Of a DNA stretch of 64,000 nucleotides, positions 26,365 through 39,269 are shown piece after piece (position 1 is the stretch's first letter; each line of letters begins with the position of its first letter). The stretch lies in NCBI RefSeq assembly GCF_020745735.1, contig NW_026867487.1:4233239-4297238 (forward strand), read 5' to 3'. The position numbers were made by a program, and so were the translations under genes. Under the pieces are notes generated by a model. That model was not told where the DNA came from and did not search any database. It saw only the letters and a program-made list of their open reading frames with translations. The stretch is from Hemiscyllium ocellatum. Taxonomy: Eukaryota.

Positions 26365-27264
26365 TCTCCAACTGTCATCCGTCGTCATTTCCGACACCTC
26401 CAAACGGACCCCACCACCAGGGATATATTTCCCTCCCCTCCCCTATCAGCGTTCTGAACAGACATCTCTGTCCGTGACTCCACTCCCCCCCACCAACCCA
26501 ACCTCCTCTCGCGGCACCTTCCCCTGCAACCACAAGAAATGCAAAACTTGCGCCCACACCTCCCTCCTTACTTCCCTCCAAGGCCCCAAGGGATCCTTCC
26601 ATATCCGCCACAAATTCACCTGCACCTCCACACACATCAGTTACTGCATCCACTGCACCCGATGTGGCTTCCTCTATATTAGGGAGACAGGCTGCCTACT
26701 TGCAGAACGTTTCAGACAACACATCTGGGACACCCGAACCAACCAACCCAACCACTCCGTGGCTCACACTTCAACTCCCCCTCTCACTCCACCAAGGACA
26801 TGCAGGTCCTTGGACTCCTCCATCGCCAGACCGTAGCAACACGACGTTTGGAGGAAGAGCGCCTCATCTTCCGCCTAGGAACCCTTCAAATACAAGGGAT
26901 GAACCCAGATTTCTCCAGTTTCCTCATTTCCCCTCCCCCCCACCTTGTATCAGTCCCAACCCTCCAACTCAACACCACCTTCCTAACCTGCAATCTTCTT
27001 TCTGACCTCTCCGCCCCCCCACCCCACTCCAGCCTATCACCCTCACCTTGACCTCCTTCTATCGCATTTCCAACGCCCCTCCCCCAAGTCCCTCCTCCGT
27101 ACATTTTATCTTAGCCTGCTTGGCTCACTTTCCTCATTCCTGAAGAAGGGCCCATGCCCGAAATGTCGATTCTCCTGCTCCTTGGATGCTGCCTGACCTG
27201 CTGCGCTTTTCCAGCAACACATTTTCAGCTCTGATCTCCAGCATCTGTAGTCCTCACTTTCTCC
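26365..27264 (+). mobile_element. Penelope-like element, second family: GIY-YIG end plus terminal repeat
   Basis: KFTCTSTHISYCIHCTRCGFLYIRETG (GIY-YIG) and RLEEERLIFRLGTLQ; tail cctgaagaagggcccatgcccgaaatgtcgattctcctgctcc. Confidence 0.88.
27136..27171 (+). ncRNA. Minimal type I hammerhead ribozyme motif in the Penelope tail (one CpG-type change)
   Basis: CTGAAGA, extra A, GGGC-ccat-GCCC stem II, GAAA, TGTC (ACGT palindrome changed to ATGT), short stem I attc/gatt. Confidence 0.6.
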
Positions 27265-30200
27265 AAACAGAGAACAATAAACTAACAACGATTTTCAATC
27301 CTTCCTTTAACCTCTCATTTACTTTACCCTCTACAATACTGCTCTGATAAAAAAAAGATTCCGACTACAGTTTACAAAACAAAACGTCTTATCTCAAAAT
27401 CATGGTGCGTTCAGTTCTTCTCTGTATTCCTGTCTTCTTTTCTTCTTCTTTGGGATTCTCCTTCACAGTTTACTGATCACTAAGGGTACCTTCAGAGATG
27501 TTTCCGGGCAGACTTTACATGCTGGTGGCTTGGCATTTCAATGTTAACCGTCTTATACCCCCAAAGCATTGGATTGTCTCATTGGCCTTTAAGATTGTCA
27601 ATATATGACAATCAAATTTGACTGGACTTTGACATATTTCGGGGTATAATTTAAACTGATTGGTCTAATTCGTATCTGTTTTAGTCTGGAGGCATCCAGC
27701 TTCCCTAGCTTTCGACCAGGTATTAAATTGTTATTTTATTCAGAACACTTAGTGCTGTCAGGCAGCACTGATAGCTTTTAACTCTCTTGAAGGTACAGAA
27801 CACCAACAACTTCATAACAATATACATAGTATACTAAAGTGTTTAAATAAAAAAAAGTATGATTTCTTGCACTTCCCTTTTAAAATGTCTAACTTGTAAA
27901 ATAAGTTGATTAACTGTTGTTCTGAACGAAAACTTTCAATGTACCCACTGGAACTGCTATTTTGGATGCTGACCTGTTTGTTCATATTCAATGTTACAAT
28001 TTCCCCAAGAGTACCCTTTTCTTTGGAAGTTTTGCTTTCAATTCTTTAAATTTCCTTTACTTTTTTGTGATGCCATTAATTGATTCAATTTGAATATCCA
28101 AGAGAATTCATGTCCCCATGCTATCCAAAAACACCTGTGTCATGAAGAACTTCATTTTAAAAACTCAAACATTTAGATTTTCATTCGCTAACGCAAGCTT
28201 ATCATATACCATAAACTCAGAATGGCAACAGCACTGGAGGTTATTCAATCTCTCGTTTAAGTAGCAGTTCTTTGCATGAGGAACACAGCAAATCTTATTC
28301 TCCCTTTCTTATTCTCATGCACTGCCTCCAAAACGTTCATGTTGTCTTTACTTCTATTGTACATTTTTTTTAAGGAATGGTCCAGAGAAACGTTAACCAT
28401 CACAGGAAGAAATTGAGGATTGCAGATGCTTGAGATCATAGCCCATGGGTGTGGTGCAGAAGCAGCACAGGCGGTCAAGCCACTTCCAAGGAGCAGAATA
28501 ATTGACTTTTCGAGTATACGATCTCCATCAGGAACATGAAGAGCTTATGCTCAAGACTTTGATTATCCTGCTCCTCGCATGCTGCCTAGCCGGCAGTGCT
28601 TTTCCAGCACCAGACACCGAAGATTAATCATTGCAACCATGCTTCAAATAAACCGTGATGCAATGACGCAGATCACGATAGAAGTATGAGAAACAATCGA
28701 TCATGCCAACTCATTCTGATTTTTTTTAAATTCAGGACTCATGCAAATTTTTTTTTAAATATTCATTAATATAACCATTGTCTCTAATTGAGAATTGGAA
28801 ATTGGACAAGTGTCTAAACGCCACAAAAACGATTGAAATCTGACCAGGATTATTGTATTCTACTCCACCTAATAAATTGCGAATTTTCATTCTATTCAGT
28901 ATAAATTTTGAAAAGATTTTTAATATAAACTGAAATTCATTTCTGCAAAATCCAATTTTATTAAATCTAATGTGCACAGTTGCCAAATCTGAAATCCATT
29001 ATAAGTACCTGGTTGTTGTCACTGAACTTAAATGACAAATCTGATTATTTAAGCGGTTCCAATCAGTTATTGTTCATTGTAAAGTTATCGCTGTGAACTG
29101 AGCAGGAAGATTCTGCATCTGTGGCCGGGGAGATGACATGTTCATGTCACTGTACTATACCATAAGATTGAACTGAATTGATTTATTAGTCACAAAATAA
29201 GCATGCTTCAGAAAACCTGTATAAGAAAGCAGTGTACATATTGATTCTAATTTGGGTACAGTACTAATGTTTTCTTTTATTATTCCTTCAGCCAATTATT
29301 TGACTATTACAACAGCTGGTGGTTGAAAGGGGTGAAATTGATCTTTGCCAATACTATAAATCTATGGAAGGGGTGTTGAGCGCTGCTCTGTGCTCGCGTT
29401 AAATCTTGCAAAAATCTAAGGAAAAACCACACTTCATTCATTGAAAGATTGTAAAATCGTCTTCCTCCATATTACACGGATTCGAATTTCAATAAGAATG
29501 GATTGCCTGAAAACATAAAAATGTGACGAGTTCGAAATTGACAGTAGTGCAGTCATGAGTTTTATAAAGAATGGGTGGGTTAATATTTCATCAATTTAAC
29601 TTTTTATGGAATTTTTATTTTGTACACACTGATTTTTTTTCTTAAAAATAATCGTTGGTTTCAAAAATGCAAATTAAATTCAAACATTCCCAGATCTCGA
29701 GTTTCAGGGAACAAAACACAAACATTCAATCACCAATAAGCAAGTGTGCCTTCAACAAGAATGCAAATAGTTAACTTTTCCGCAAGGTTCAGGGAATCAG
29801 CGCTGACTCGAGTGCTTATTCATTCTCTCCCTCTGCTCTCTCTCTCTGTTTCTCTCTTTCTCTCTGTCTCTATCTCTGTCCCTTTCTCTCGGTTTCCTTT
29901 TAAAATTTAGTTCAGTAAATGTTATTTAAAGAAAAAGTTTCCTCTGTCTGCACATGCATGACATTTTCCAACTTCCTTCCAATCTCAGTTTTTCGTTTTC
30001 GTGTAGTCCTTACTCGTAAAGTTAATCAGGCATTCACATTTTAAAACAATCAACATTCGGATGTTTGGCTTCATAAATCTGGGCTGTGACACACAGCTGC
30101 TTAACCAAATATGAATCAAACTACTTCTCAGTCATTCCATTTGCAATTCCAGCCATATATGCGAGTGAAGCTGTTCGTGTCTCTGCATTAGTCCACGACC

Positions 30201-30819
30201 CAGGGGAAAATACAATGGAGTCTTCAACGGTTGCCCAATGTGTCTCGTATGACAATTCATTAAAGTCTGGACGTCTTGAGGCAAGCTGTTGCAAATACTG
30301 CAGATTTGAACTAGCCAATTAAAATGATATTGGACACTTGAGCTAGAGAGCTAGAGTTGTGAAGGATGAATATAAAGTAACAGGCATGTTTGTACGTAGT
30401 GAATATAGATTTGCATAATGCAAACAAACCTTGCTTTTGTTACACTCAAGAAAGTAATTAACTTTGAGTACAATCCCGAGACGCTGCCTATTATCTCATT
30501 GTTGACATGATTAACAGCAGACAGCCATCTGTTTACTGTTCGTGTATTCTCCACCTCCTGACATCAGAAGGACAACAGCGAATGGAAAAGGGAACAAGAC
30601 AGGAAATAAAATCAGTGTTATTCCTTCATTTGCTTCAGTCCTGAAGATTCGATGCATGAAATACAGCTCATATCATGCTGCCGTCAGTGCAAAAGATCCC
30701 ATTGAAGTGTCTGTGCAGAGACATTTGAACTGCTGACTGTCAATGCAAAGCAGCCTCGAGAAGACCAATGCTGCTCTCACGATATAAACTCAGTGATATG
30801 ATTTAAAAGTGTCAAAAAG

Positions 30820-31020
30820 ATTGGCGCTGGAAAAGGACAGCAGATCAGGTAGCATTCAAGGAGCAGAAGAATCGACGTTTCGGGATGTGACATTCCCGAT
30901 GAAGGGCTTATGCCAGAAACGTCGAAACTCCTGCTCCTCGGATGCTGCCTGACCTGTTGCCCTTTTCTAGCGCCATACTTTTTGAGTCTAATCTCCAGTT
31001 TCTGCAGTCTTCGCTTTATC
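30820..31020. mobile_element. Short inverted pair of Penelope terminal repeats (decayed; similar pairs at 37392-37590 and about 28490-28620)
   Basis: ...gagcagaagaatcgacgtttcggg is faced by gaagggcttatgccagaaacgtcgaaactcctgctcctcggatgctgcctgacctg. Confidence 0.8.
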
Positions 31021-31789
31021 CGTTGTGATTAATAATTTGAGTGCCTCATGCAGGATGAGTGAAGTTGGGGCTTAGTGATAGTTTGTACAGGGATAGCGTT
31101 TAAAAGGAGCAGATATGAAAGGATAAACTGTTTGAGCTGTTCTGTCAGAACAAAGTCACGTATTGGAATTTAAAATAATCTGACCATTCATCTGACAGTT
31201 TACCAGAAAAAACAACTAGTATTTCATTGGATTTCAATTGGTGTGGAAATATTTGCTACGATTGGACAATTGCTGATTCTTTAGTAACTGTTTCGGAAAG
31301 CAAAAGAGAAATGTTTTCAGACGAACATGTTCTTGCAGAACACAGAGCAAATTTCAAACCCAGACCTATTCCAATTGTTCCTCATTGTGCTTTCCTGGTT
31401 TGTGATCACGGTTGAAGAGATTTATTGTTGGATAAATAATAAAAACACACAAAGTTAACGCTCGGAGTCCACACTCCGTTCTGCCAAGTGGCCAATTGAC
31501 TGTGAACGTTAATTCCCTGTCAACAGATATTGCCAGATCTGCTGAATTTCTCCAGCAATTTCTGCATCAGTTTCACGTTTCTAGCCATGTCCTTCATTAC
31601 CCTCGGGATTTAGTAATATATAAAGTGGCAGTGCCTTTCAGGAAACACCCCAGAATAGGCTTTGATTACTTCCCCAAAATCGTTGAACTCTGATGAAGTA
31701 ACGCAGAAATAACCAACTACTAATATAAAGCCCCCACTGAAAAACACCTGGAAGCAAACCAACAGGTAAGTGTAGAATAGTTTGGCTAA

Positions 31790-32870
31790 CGTCAATTGCC
31801 GGGAAAGTATTGAAATAAGTTATTAAGGAAGCAATGTCAGCATATTTTGAAAGTCGGTGTCTCATCATGGAAGTGACATTGCATCTGACAAACTTTTCAG
31901 AGCATTTTGAGGCCATCGCAATAAGAGTGGATTGAGGGGAATATCTATATGTGTCGTTTTGGAAATCCAGGAAATGTTTGCAAGGCACCTCACCAAGGTT
32001 TGTCAGAAGATACGAACCCACTGTTTTGGAATTATAATTTTGCCATGAATGAAGGATCGGCTGATGGACAGGAAACAGCGACTGTGTAAAAATAATTATT
32101 TTCTGGCCTGGCTTCGTGGAACAAGCGTGCTTCCACAGGAATCAGTGATCGAATGACAAGTTTTTGAAGTATATTGCATTCATATCTTGGAGAAAGGAAA
32201 CAAATATGCTGCAGCCAAATATGCAAATAATGAAAAATAGGTGGAAAGACAAATACAGAAAAGGAATACACATCTTTTTGGTGAGTTGATAGCTAAAGGT
32301 GTTGTGGCGAAATATTAATGTTTGCTGGAGATGTGAGAAAATGTTCATTTTGGAAAGAAGAATAAACGAAAACGTTGTTTGGTAGATGGACAGAAACTCC
32401 AGAAATTTGCAAAGAAACAAAGAGATTTGGGATTTATTGGGCACGAAACACAGAAAGCTAGCACCCACATGCATCAGGTAATCAGGAGGACTAAAGGAAC
32501 TTTGACCCTATTTCAAGTGGTTTCAAGTTTTAGAGTCGGAGCTACTGACTGCAACTGAACAAGATACTAGAGGACCACGTGATTTGTACTGTGAGCAGTT
32601 TTTATTCCGTTATTGAAAGAAACGTTTCATTGGAGTCAGTTCAGAGAAGATACAGTAGGATGATCTCCAGTCTGTAGGGATGTTCTTTTGAATAAGAATT
32701 AACAGGTTTGTATGCTACTCGTCGGATTTCAGGAGAATGAGCGGTTATTGTATTTAAACAGAGAGGATTAGGGCTATTAACATTAAGGCTTTGACAGGAA
32801 AACTGCTGAGAGGATGTTTCCACTCATGTGAAAGCCCAGGACCAGGGCCTATAGTCTCAGAATAAAAGCC
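31790..32870 (+). mobile_element. Old CR1-type LINE fragment
   Basis: Decayed collinear matches to CR1 RT 3' half (aaatatgctgcagccaaatatgcaaat, ggaaagaagaataa, taatcaggagg, cagagaagatacagtaggatg). Confidence 0.65.
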
Positions 32871-34067
32871 CGACTTCAGAACAAACAACAAAGAAAGTTG
32901 GAGCGCAGAAACAGGCCGTTCGGCCCGCCAAGCCAGCGTAGATCTAAACGTCTCGTCTATTTTCAAAGAATCTTTATTCCTCCGCCCCCGAGCCATATAT
33001 GTATCTGTCTAGATACATCTTAAGACAGAGATGATGAAGATTTTTTTTACGCTGAGAACTACAAGTCTTCGGAATTTTGCCACGATGAGGTGTTTGGGCA
33101 GAGTTCCATTAACAGTGACAGTTAAATATTTAACAGACAGCCTGTGGCTCAAAGAAAATTTAAAATGATAATGCAACTTAATTGTGTCACTTTCTTTTTT
33201 ACTTTCTTCCGTCATCAGTTCTCAGTGTCGCTGTGAAAGACAGTATATACTGCCCCTTCCATAATTGCTTTGAATCAAGTTCTTGAAAAGCCTTGAAAAG
33301 AGTCAATACCACTGCTTATGACTGGAGTCACATGTAGACCATACCATGGAATTTTGCAATCCTTCTTCCCCTAAATTGTATCAATAGACACCAAACCAAT
33401 TACAGTTTCACGCCCACCATTACGGTGCTAGTTAATTCTTGATTGAATTCGCATTACACTAGGCGATTTGTCTGCAAAACGTTAGCCTGAGCTTCTGAAT
33501 TGCAAGGAGCAGTGAAAACACCATCCGCTTTTGAAACGCATATTCCTTCAAAATGTTTTTCTATTGCTTCCTTCTTTTTTTCAATACTCGCAAGTGTCCT
33601 TGTGCGAAATAGAAACAATGGATTGGCGGGACGTTATCCATTCAGCTGTTCTGTCCCTTCTGCACCATTCTTCATTCCCCAAACTGGCACTGGAGAAATG
33701 GTGTTGATATTCAGAAATGTAGTTTCACCTGTTTACATCATGATCTTCTCAATGTAAGAACACACTGTAGCCTTTACTCGGAATATAGATTTTTGAACCA
33801 TGACAAATAATATTGTCCATGTATATTGAACAATTCGCAACTTGGATCAGTAGCCACCATTATTTCCACTCTACCCGCTACGTGTCTCTTTGTAATTCAT
33901 TGCACACTTCATCAAATTTAGAGTGCATGGTTTCACCGCCCACAGCTTCATTTTCCTGCTCTAACCCTCTCTCTCTCTCCTTCTTTCTGGCGAAATTATA
34001 TTCTCGTAGAGATTGCTGCCGCTGCGTCAAACCTATTATTGACTGTATTAGCAACACAACGGAACAG

Positions 34068-34525
34068 ACTCAACAGTGTTTCTGACCGTTCCTCTGTATT
34101 GAATCCAGTCTCAGTAAGTATCCTATTTTAGCAGTACAAATGTTACTGTTGGTCGAATAACAGTGAGTATGGCGATTATGTTGGTCAATCTGACACCGAT
34201 GCAGAGTACAATGCTGTTTTATTTTAGATTTATTTTCAAGTATGGTAATGGAGCCAGCAAGATATTTTGTTAAAGATATGTGCTGAAAGAATGAGTGACG
34301 AGGCAAAGAATATCTCCCCAACCCGTAATTTGAAGAGAAGTGATTCTAACCCTGATGAATTATGGTACAGTCCATGTTTCTAAATATTGGGAGCAGTGTG
34401 CAGAGGGGCAACTACATGAGGGATCGATTTCCCTCTCAGCTGAATAAAAGTGACAAGGTCACGAAGTGAAAGTTATCAGTATCCTCATCTACGTCAGCAG
34501 CAAGTACCTCTGTGCCATGCAGCCC
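34068..34525 (+). pseudogene. Inverted TCR V pseudogene related to family 1; leader remnant 34068-34113, V exon from 34228
   Basis: Leader end TTCCTCTGTATTGAATCCAGTCTCA|gtaagt matches family-1 TTCCTCATCATTGTCTCACTTCTCA|gtaag. Intron is 114 nt, as in family 1. TRNLKRSDSNPDELWYS versus TCNFKTSDLNPYVFWYS; DRFPSQLNKSDKVTK; SSKYLCAMQP. First Cys lost, stops, frameshifts, decayed RSS. Confidence 0.8.
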
Positions 34526-35122
34526 TGCCGTGAAATGGTTAGATATTGTGGATGTCGTACAAAACATCCACCTTGAGAGTTCCAGGTATTGCTCAATGGG
34601 GGCGATATCACAGCGAGAAGCAAAATAACAATTGAGTCCTGGCTGGGAAAGAACCACGAAATCTTTTTTTTTAATGATGATAAAATGCACAGCACTGAAC
34701 AGAAGCAGGCGAGTTTTCTGTGCGCAGTTCGTTTATATCAGTAAATTATATTCATCCCAGCAAATAGTTTCATAAATTGTTTTCTGACACCTGTTGGTTT
34801 TCGACTTGTAAAGTTCACAAGCTTGAACATTTATCCTGCCTTCACTGTGCTGAGCAACAATTCTTTGGGCCACTTTCGCAGTCAATTGATATCACTTGAA
34901 AGCAAGCGTTTTGATCTCTGGGAAAGTCCGTTCTTCTGGAATGACCTGTCCTGAGATTTTTTTCTCTCTAAACAGTCTCGAGATTCTTGTGCGTTGTAGG
35001 AAAAGCTCTGTTCCACAGAAATGGAAAGTATTTCATTTCAGTAGTGGATGCTGGGCAGGCTTTGGTAGTCAGAAGATTTGTTATTTGTTGTGGTTCTGCT
35101 CGCCGAGCTGTAAGTTTTTGCT

Positions 35123-35162
35123 GCAAACGTTTCGTTCCCTGGCTAGGGAACATCATCAGTGC
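35123..35162 (-). ncRNA. Minimal type I hammerhead ribozyme motif (mirror copy)
   Basis: Exact reverse complement of 36861-36900. Confidence 0.72.
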
Positions 35163-35593
35163 GGTGGGAGCCTCGTGTGAAGCGCTGCTTTGATGTTTCT
35201 TCCGGTATTTATATTGGTTTGTTCTTGCCGCTTCCGGGTGTCAGTTTCAGCTGCAGTGATTTGTATCTGGGGTCCAGGTCGATGAGTCTGTTGATGGATG
35301 TTCTTGCCGTTTCCGGGTGTCAGTTTCAGCTGTAGTGGTTTGTATATGGTGTCCAGGTCAATGTGTCTATTGATGGAGTTTGGGGATGAATGCCATGCTT
35401 CTAGGAATTCTCTGGCTGTTCTCTGTCTGGCTTGTCCTATGATAGTGGTGTTTTCCCAGTCAAATTCATGTTGCTGGTTGTCTGAGTGTATGGCTACTAG
35501 AGATAGCTGGTCGTGTCGTTTTGTGGCTAGCTGATGTTCGTGGATGCGGATTGTTAGCTGTCTTCCTGTTTGTCCTATATAGTGTTTTGTGCA

Positions 35594-36867
35594 ACCTACT
35601 GGACATACATAACAGAACACAGGAGGCCGAACCTATCAACAAGGACGGCATACTTAAACTACTGGACCTGTGCCTCACCACACACTTCACATTCAACAAT
35701 CAGATATACGAACAAATCAACGGAACACCCATGGGATCACCAATCTCGGGACTCATAGCAGAGGCAGTTATGCAAAGATTAGAACATACAGCCATACCAC
35801 AAATCCAACCCAAACTCTGGATCAGATATGTTGATGACACCTTTGTAATCATCAAAAACACAGATATAGAAAAAACACACAGCATCATCAATGCCACACT
35901 CACAGGAATCCGATTCACACGAGAAGAAGAAAAGGATAGCCAACTCCCATTCCTAGACGTGTTAGTAGAGAGAACACCCAACGGAGAATTCACCACAAGG
36001 ATACACAGGAAACCAACACACACAGACCAAGTCTTAAACTATGAAAGTAACCACCCCAACACACACAAACGAAGCTGCATCAGGACACTATTCAAAAGGG
36101 CCACAACACACTGCAGTACACCAGAACTGCGAAAAGAGGAAGAGGAACATCTATACAAGGTATTCACCAAAAACGGATACCCACGCAACTTTATCACCAG
36201 ATGCCTAAGAGATAGACCACGGAACGAGGACATGCCACAACCAAAAGGACTAGCCACTCTACCATACGTCAGGAGTGTCTCAGAACTGACAGCCAGACTA
36301 CTGCGACCCTTAGGACTCATAACAGCACACAAGCCAACATCCACGCTCAGACAACAACTCACTAGAACAAAGGACCCAATACCCAGCATGAGCCAAACTA
36401 ACGTAGTTTACAAAATACCATGCAAGGACTGCACAAAACACTATATAGGACAAACAGGAAGACAGCTAACAATCCGCATCCACGAACATCAGCTAGCCAC
36501 AAAACGACACGACCAGCTATCTCTAGTAGCCATACACTCAGACAACCAGCAACATGAATTTGACTGGGAAAACACCACTATCATAGGACAAGCCAGACAG
36601 AGAACAGCCAGAGAATTCCTAGAAGCATGGCATTCATCCCCAAACTCCATCAATAGACACATTGACCTGGACACCATATACAAACCACTACAGCTGAAAC
36701 TGACACCCGGAAACGGCAAGAACATCCATCAACAGACTCATCGACCTGGACCCCAGATACAAATCACTGCAGCTGAAACTGACACCCGGAAGCGGCAAGA
36801 ACAAACCAATATAAATACCGGAAGAAACATCAAAGCAGCGCTTCACACGAGGCTCCCACCGCACTGA
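35594..36867 (+). CDS. Penelope RT C-terminal half plus GIY-YIG endonuclease (truncated ORF; no native start)
   Basis: The 448-aa ORF-track ORF; its first ~24 codons come from the inverted arm. Confidence 0.85.
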
Positions 36868-36900
36868 TGATGTTCCCTAGCCAGGGAACGAAACGTTTGC
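36861..36900 (+). ncRNA. Minimal type I hammerhead ribozyme motif
   Basis: gca CTGATGA t GTTCCCT-agcc-AGGGAAC GAAA CGT T tgc: intact core, 7-bp stem II, ACGT palindrome at helix III, 3-bp stem I, predicted GUU cleavage triplet. Confidence 0.72.
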
Positions 36901-38804
36901 AGCAAAAACTTACAGCTCGGCGAGCAGAACCACAACAACGGATACCCGAGCTACAAATCTTCAATCAGATTTTAAAATTTGTTATTTGCTTTGCCATTTT
37001 GATTCTCTGACCTACTTTTGTAGCCACAACATTCATGTCTGGTGTATTGAAACCCAATACTTTGATAGTGCAGTTTCAGAAATGACAATACGATTGACAA
37101 TCAGTAAAGATGGTTAGATTATATTTGTGTCTTTGCCGATCACAGCAGCCTGGCACTTGTGTTATGCGATTGGTACTTGACAGCACTCAAGCCATGCTTG
37201 AAAGCTATTCAGAATTTTTTTTATGGCATACCAATGCGAACTGTTTAAATAAATAAGAAATCATGAAATAATATATTGTGTAGTTTCCAGCAAATATTTC
37301 CAAATTTGCGGTGCAGCACAGATTGGTATAGCAGATAGCAATAGGTGATAAATTGAATGGTCACCGACCCACCCGTCTCGGGTAATCAACTAGGAGAAAG
37401 TGAGGACAGCAGATGTTGGAAATCAGAGCTGGAAAATGTGTTGCTGGAAAAGCGCAGCAGGTCAGGTAGCATCCAACGAGCAGCAGAATCGACGTTTCGG
37501 GATTAAGAAGGGCTTATGCCCGAAACGTCGATTCGCCTGCTCCGTGGATGCTGCCTGTCCTGCTGCGCTTTTCCTGCAACACGTTTTTCAGTCTTGGGGA
37601 ATCAGTTTTGGGAATGGGGTGGGGCGCATCACTGTGCCAGCGTGTCTTTGTATTCCTGTTCAAGGAGCAACTTTGGGGTCAGTAATTTACACTCCTGGGT
37701 CTGCCAGATCTGATCCAATTATGGAAGGAGCAGCATTGATGAAGTTGATGAAAATAGTGCGTACTTGGCACTAGTCCAAGCAATGCCTGCATAGTCGTCC
37801 TGAGCCTGATAGAACTAACGTCCACCTCTGACCTTCATGAAACACAAATAATTTCCTTTGTTTTAAGTATGATTCGAACCAGCTGAGATTATTCCGTCGA
37901 TTCTCATTGATTCACGGCACGAAGTGAAATGTTAAACACAGAGATATTTCCTGTCAAACCAGCTGTCAGCTGGGACTCGGATAAATTTACAGTTCCTAAA
38001 ATTGTGCTTCCAGAAAATATACTGCAGGCACAGCCAGTGCGATGCAATGTTTCATATAGTGACTGTAAAATATCTTCACGGATATTGCTGAATGGCTTCA
38101 TTCCATTATGATTCTCACAAATCATTTAGTTCGAATCTGTAATTAGCTGTCTGTGATCTACGAATTGTCCGAGTCACAAATGGATATTATATATTCATTT
38201 ACATTAATCTGATCGACTTCACATTAACTCAATAATTCCAGCACTAGTACTGATGAAATGCCAATTTCGGGATTTCACACCACAGCGCATGGCAGTTTGA
38301 GTGGGTTAGCAATGCGACCAATGGATTTTTTTGAACCTACATAGATATTTTACAACTTCTCTCAATTCTGTTTCTTACCTTGGATGTTGAGAATCAGAAG
38401 TTGATTGGAGAAATATCTGGATAAGAATGGAAACGTAGTGCTGTGCTGAAGGGAAATGGATTGCCCGACAATTCCCTATTAATTGGAATTTGACATATCA
38501 CTGATGAGGAGAAATAGGTGCAAAATCGAACAAAACGCCTATCTATCTATCTATTTATCTATCTAGTCATGTGAAAAGCAGTTTTTGTGCTGATTTCTTT
38601 GCTTTCTCTGCAGAACATTAGAATAGAAAGCATCTCATTGAAAATATACCTGCACTTTATCTGTAGTAACAGCGAGTAACATTTTCTTGTTCCATGCAGA
38701 TGGAAGTTTAAGCATCGAAAATTAACCTTTGCTCATGTCACTATGGTTTGTAAAACATCCCATATGGAATAGATTCATTCACATAGCAGTTGCTAGGCCT
38801 CGCC

Positions 38805-38843
38805 AGTTATTGTACAGGTGGATCTACAGTTTCACTCACTGTG
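38805..38843 (-). other. 23-RSS: CACAGTG, 23 bp, ACAATAACT
   Basis: Perfect heptamer 38837-38843; nonamer 38805-38813. Confidence 0.92.
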
Positions 38844-39269
38844 TCTGCTTCGCACAGTAATACGTTCCAGCGTCCTCGAACACGGTGTCTTCTATAAACA
38901 TAATGTAGGAGTTCCTATCTCGGTCAACAGACAACGTGTAACGACCTTTAGTCTGGTTGCCCTGGTATATGGAGTTGATATATCTCGGAATCCCTGACAG
39001 CGTTTGGCTGTACCAGGCCACAGTATCACCACTACCAATGGACTGCAAACAATGCAGTTGAACTCGTTCCCCTTCCAGAGTTAACTTCTGATCAGCCTGT
39101 GAGCTCTGATCCTCGGTCTGAACCGCTGTAAGAAAAGAAACATCTCTAACGAGATACGATATTGAAGGTTTGGTAAAATAAGGCATCTGATAAAAGTAAT
39201 AAACTTACAGAATATGAATGTCATCAGAACCCCAACTAAGAACAAATGATTGCGGATTTTTCTGTTCAT
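38844..39269 (-). CDS. TCR V gene segment, divergent family 2 (TRAV-like); leader 39209-39269, V exon 38844-39125
   Basis: Leader MNRKIRNHLFLVGVLMTFIF + T|gtaag; 83-nt intron; acceptor tttcttttcttacag; VQTEDQ...VQLHCLQS...VAWYSQ...FEDAGTYYCAKQ, open and canonical. Confidence 0.9.

Larger units (their letters stand above)
35072..36976 (+). mobile_element. Young 5'-truncated Penelope retroelement with an inverted duplicate of its 3' end (left arm 35072-35593 mirrors 36430-36962)
   Basis: Uninterrupted ORF with GTPMGSPISG, WIRYVDDTF (RT) and VVYKIPCKDCTKHYIGQTGR (GIY-YIG). The ORF track gives identical peptides for both arms. Confidence 0.95.

Noticed and set aside
28257-28478. Minus ORF faintly like GPCR TM5-ICL3
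   Set aside because: Similarity too weak and no flanking TM segments.
29065-29095. Minus-strand CACAGCG with nonamer ACAATAACT identical to the 39 kb RSS
   Set aside because: Spacer is 15 bp and the upstream sequence does not convincingly translate as a V end.
29260-29400. Strong branch point and acceptor followed by ANYLTI, like a GPCR exon-2 start
   Set aside because: Multiple immediate stops and no further collinear match.
35521-35593. Start of the 448-aa ORF as a native Penelope start
   Set aside because: It lies in the inverted arm and is antisense GIY-YIG DNA.
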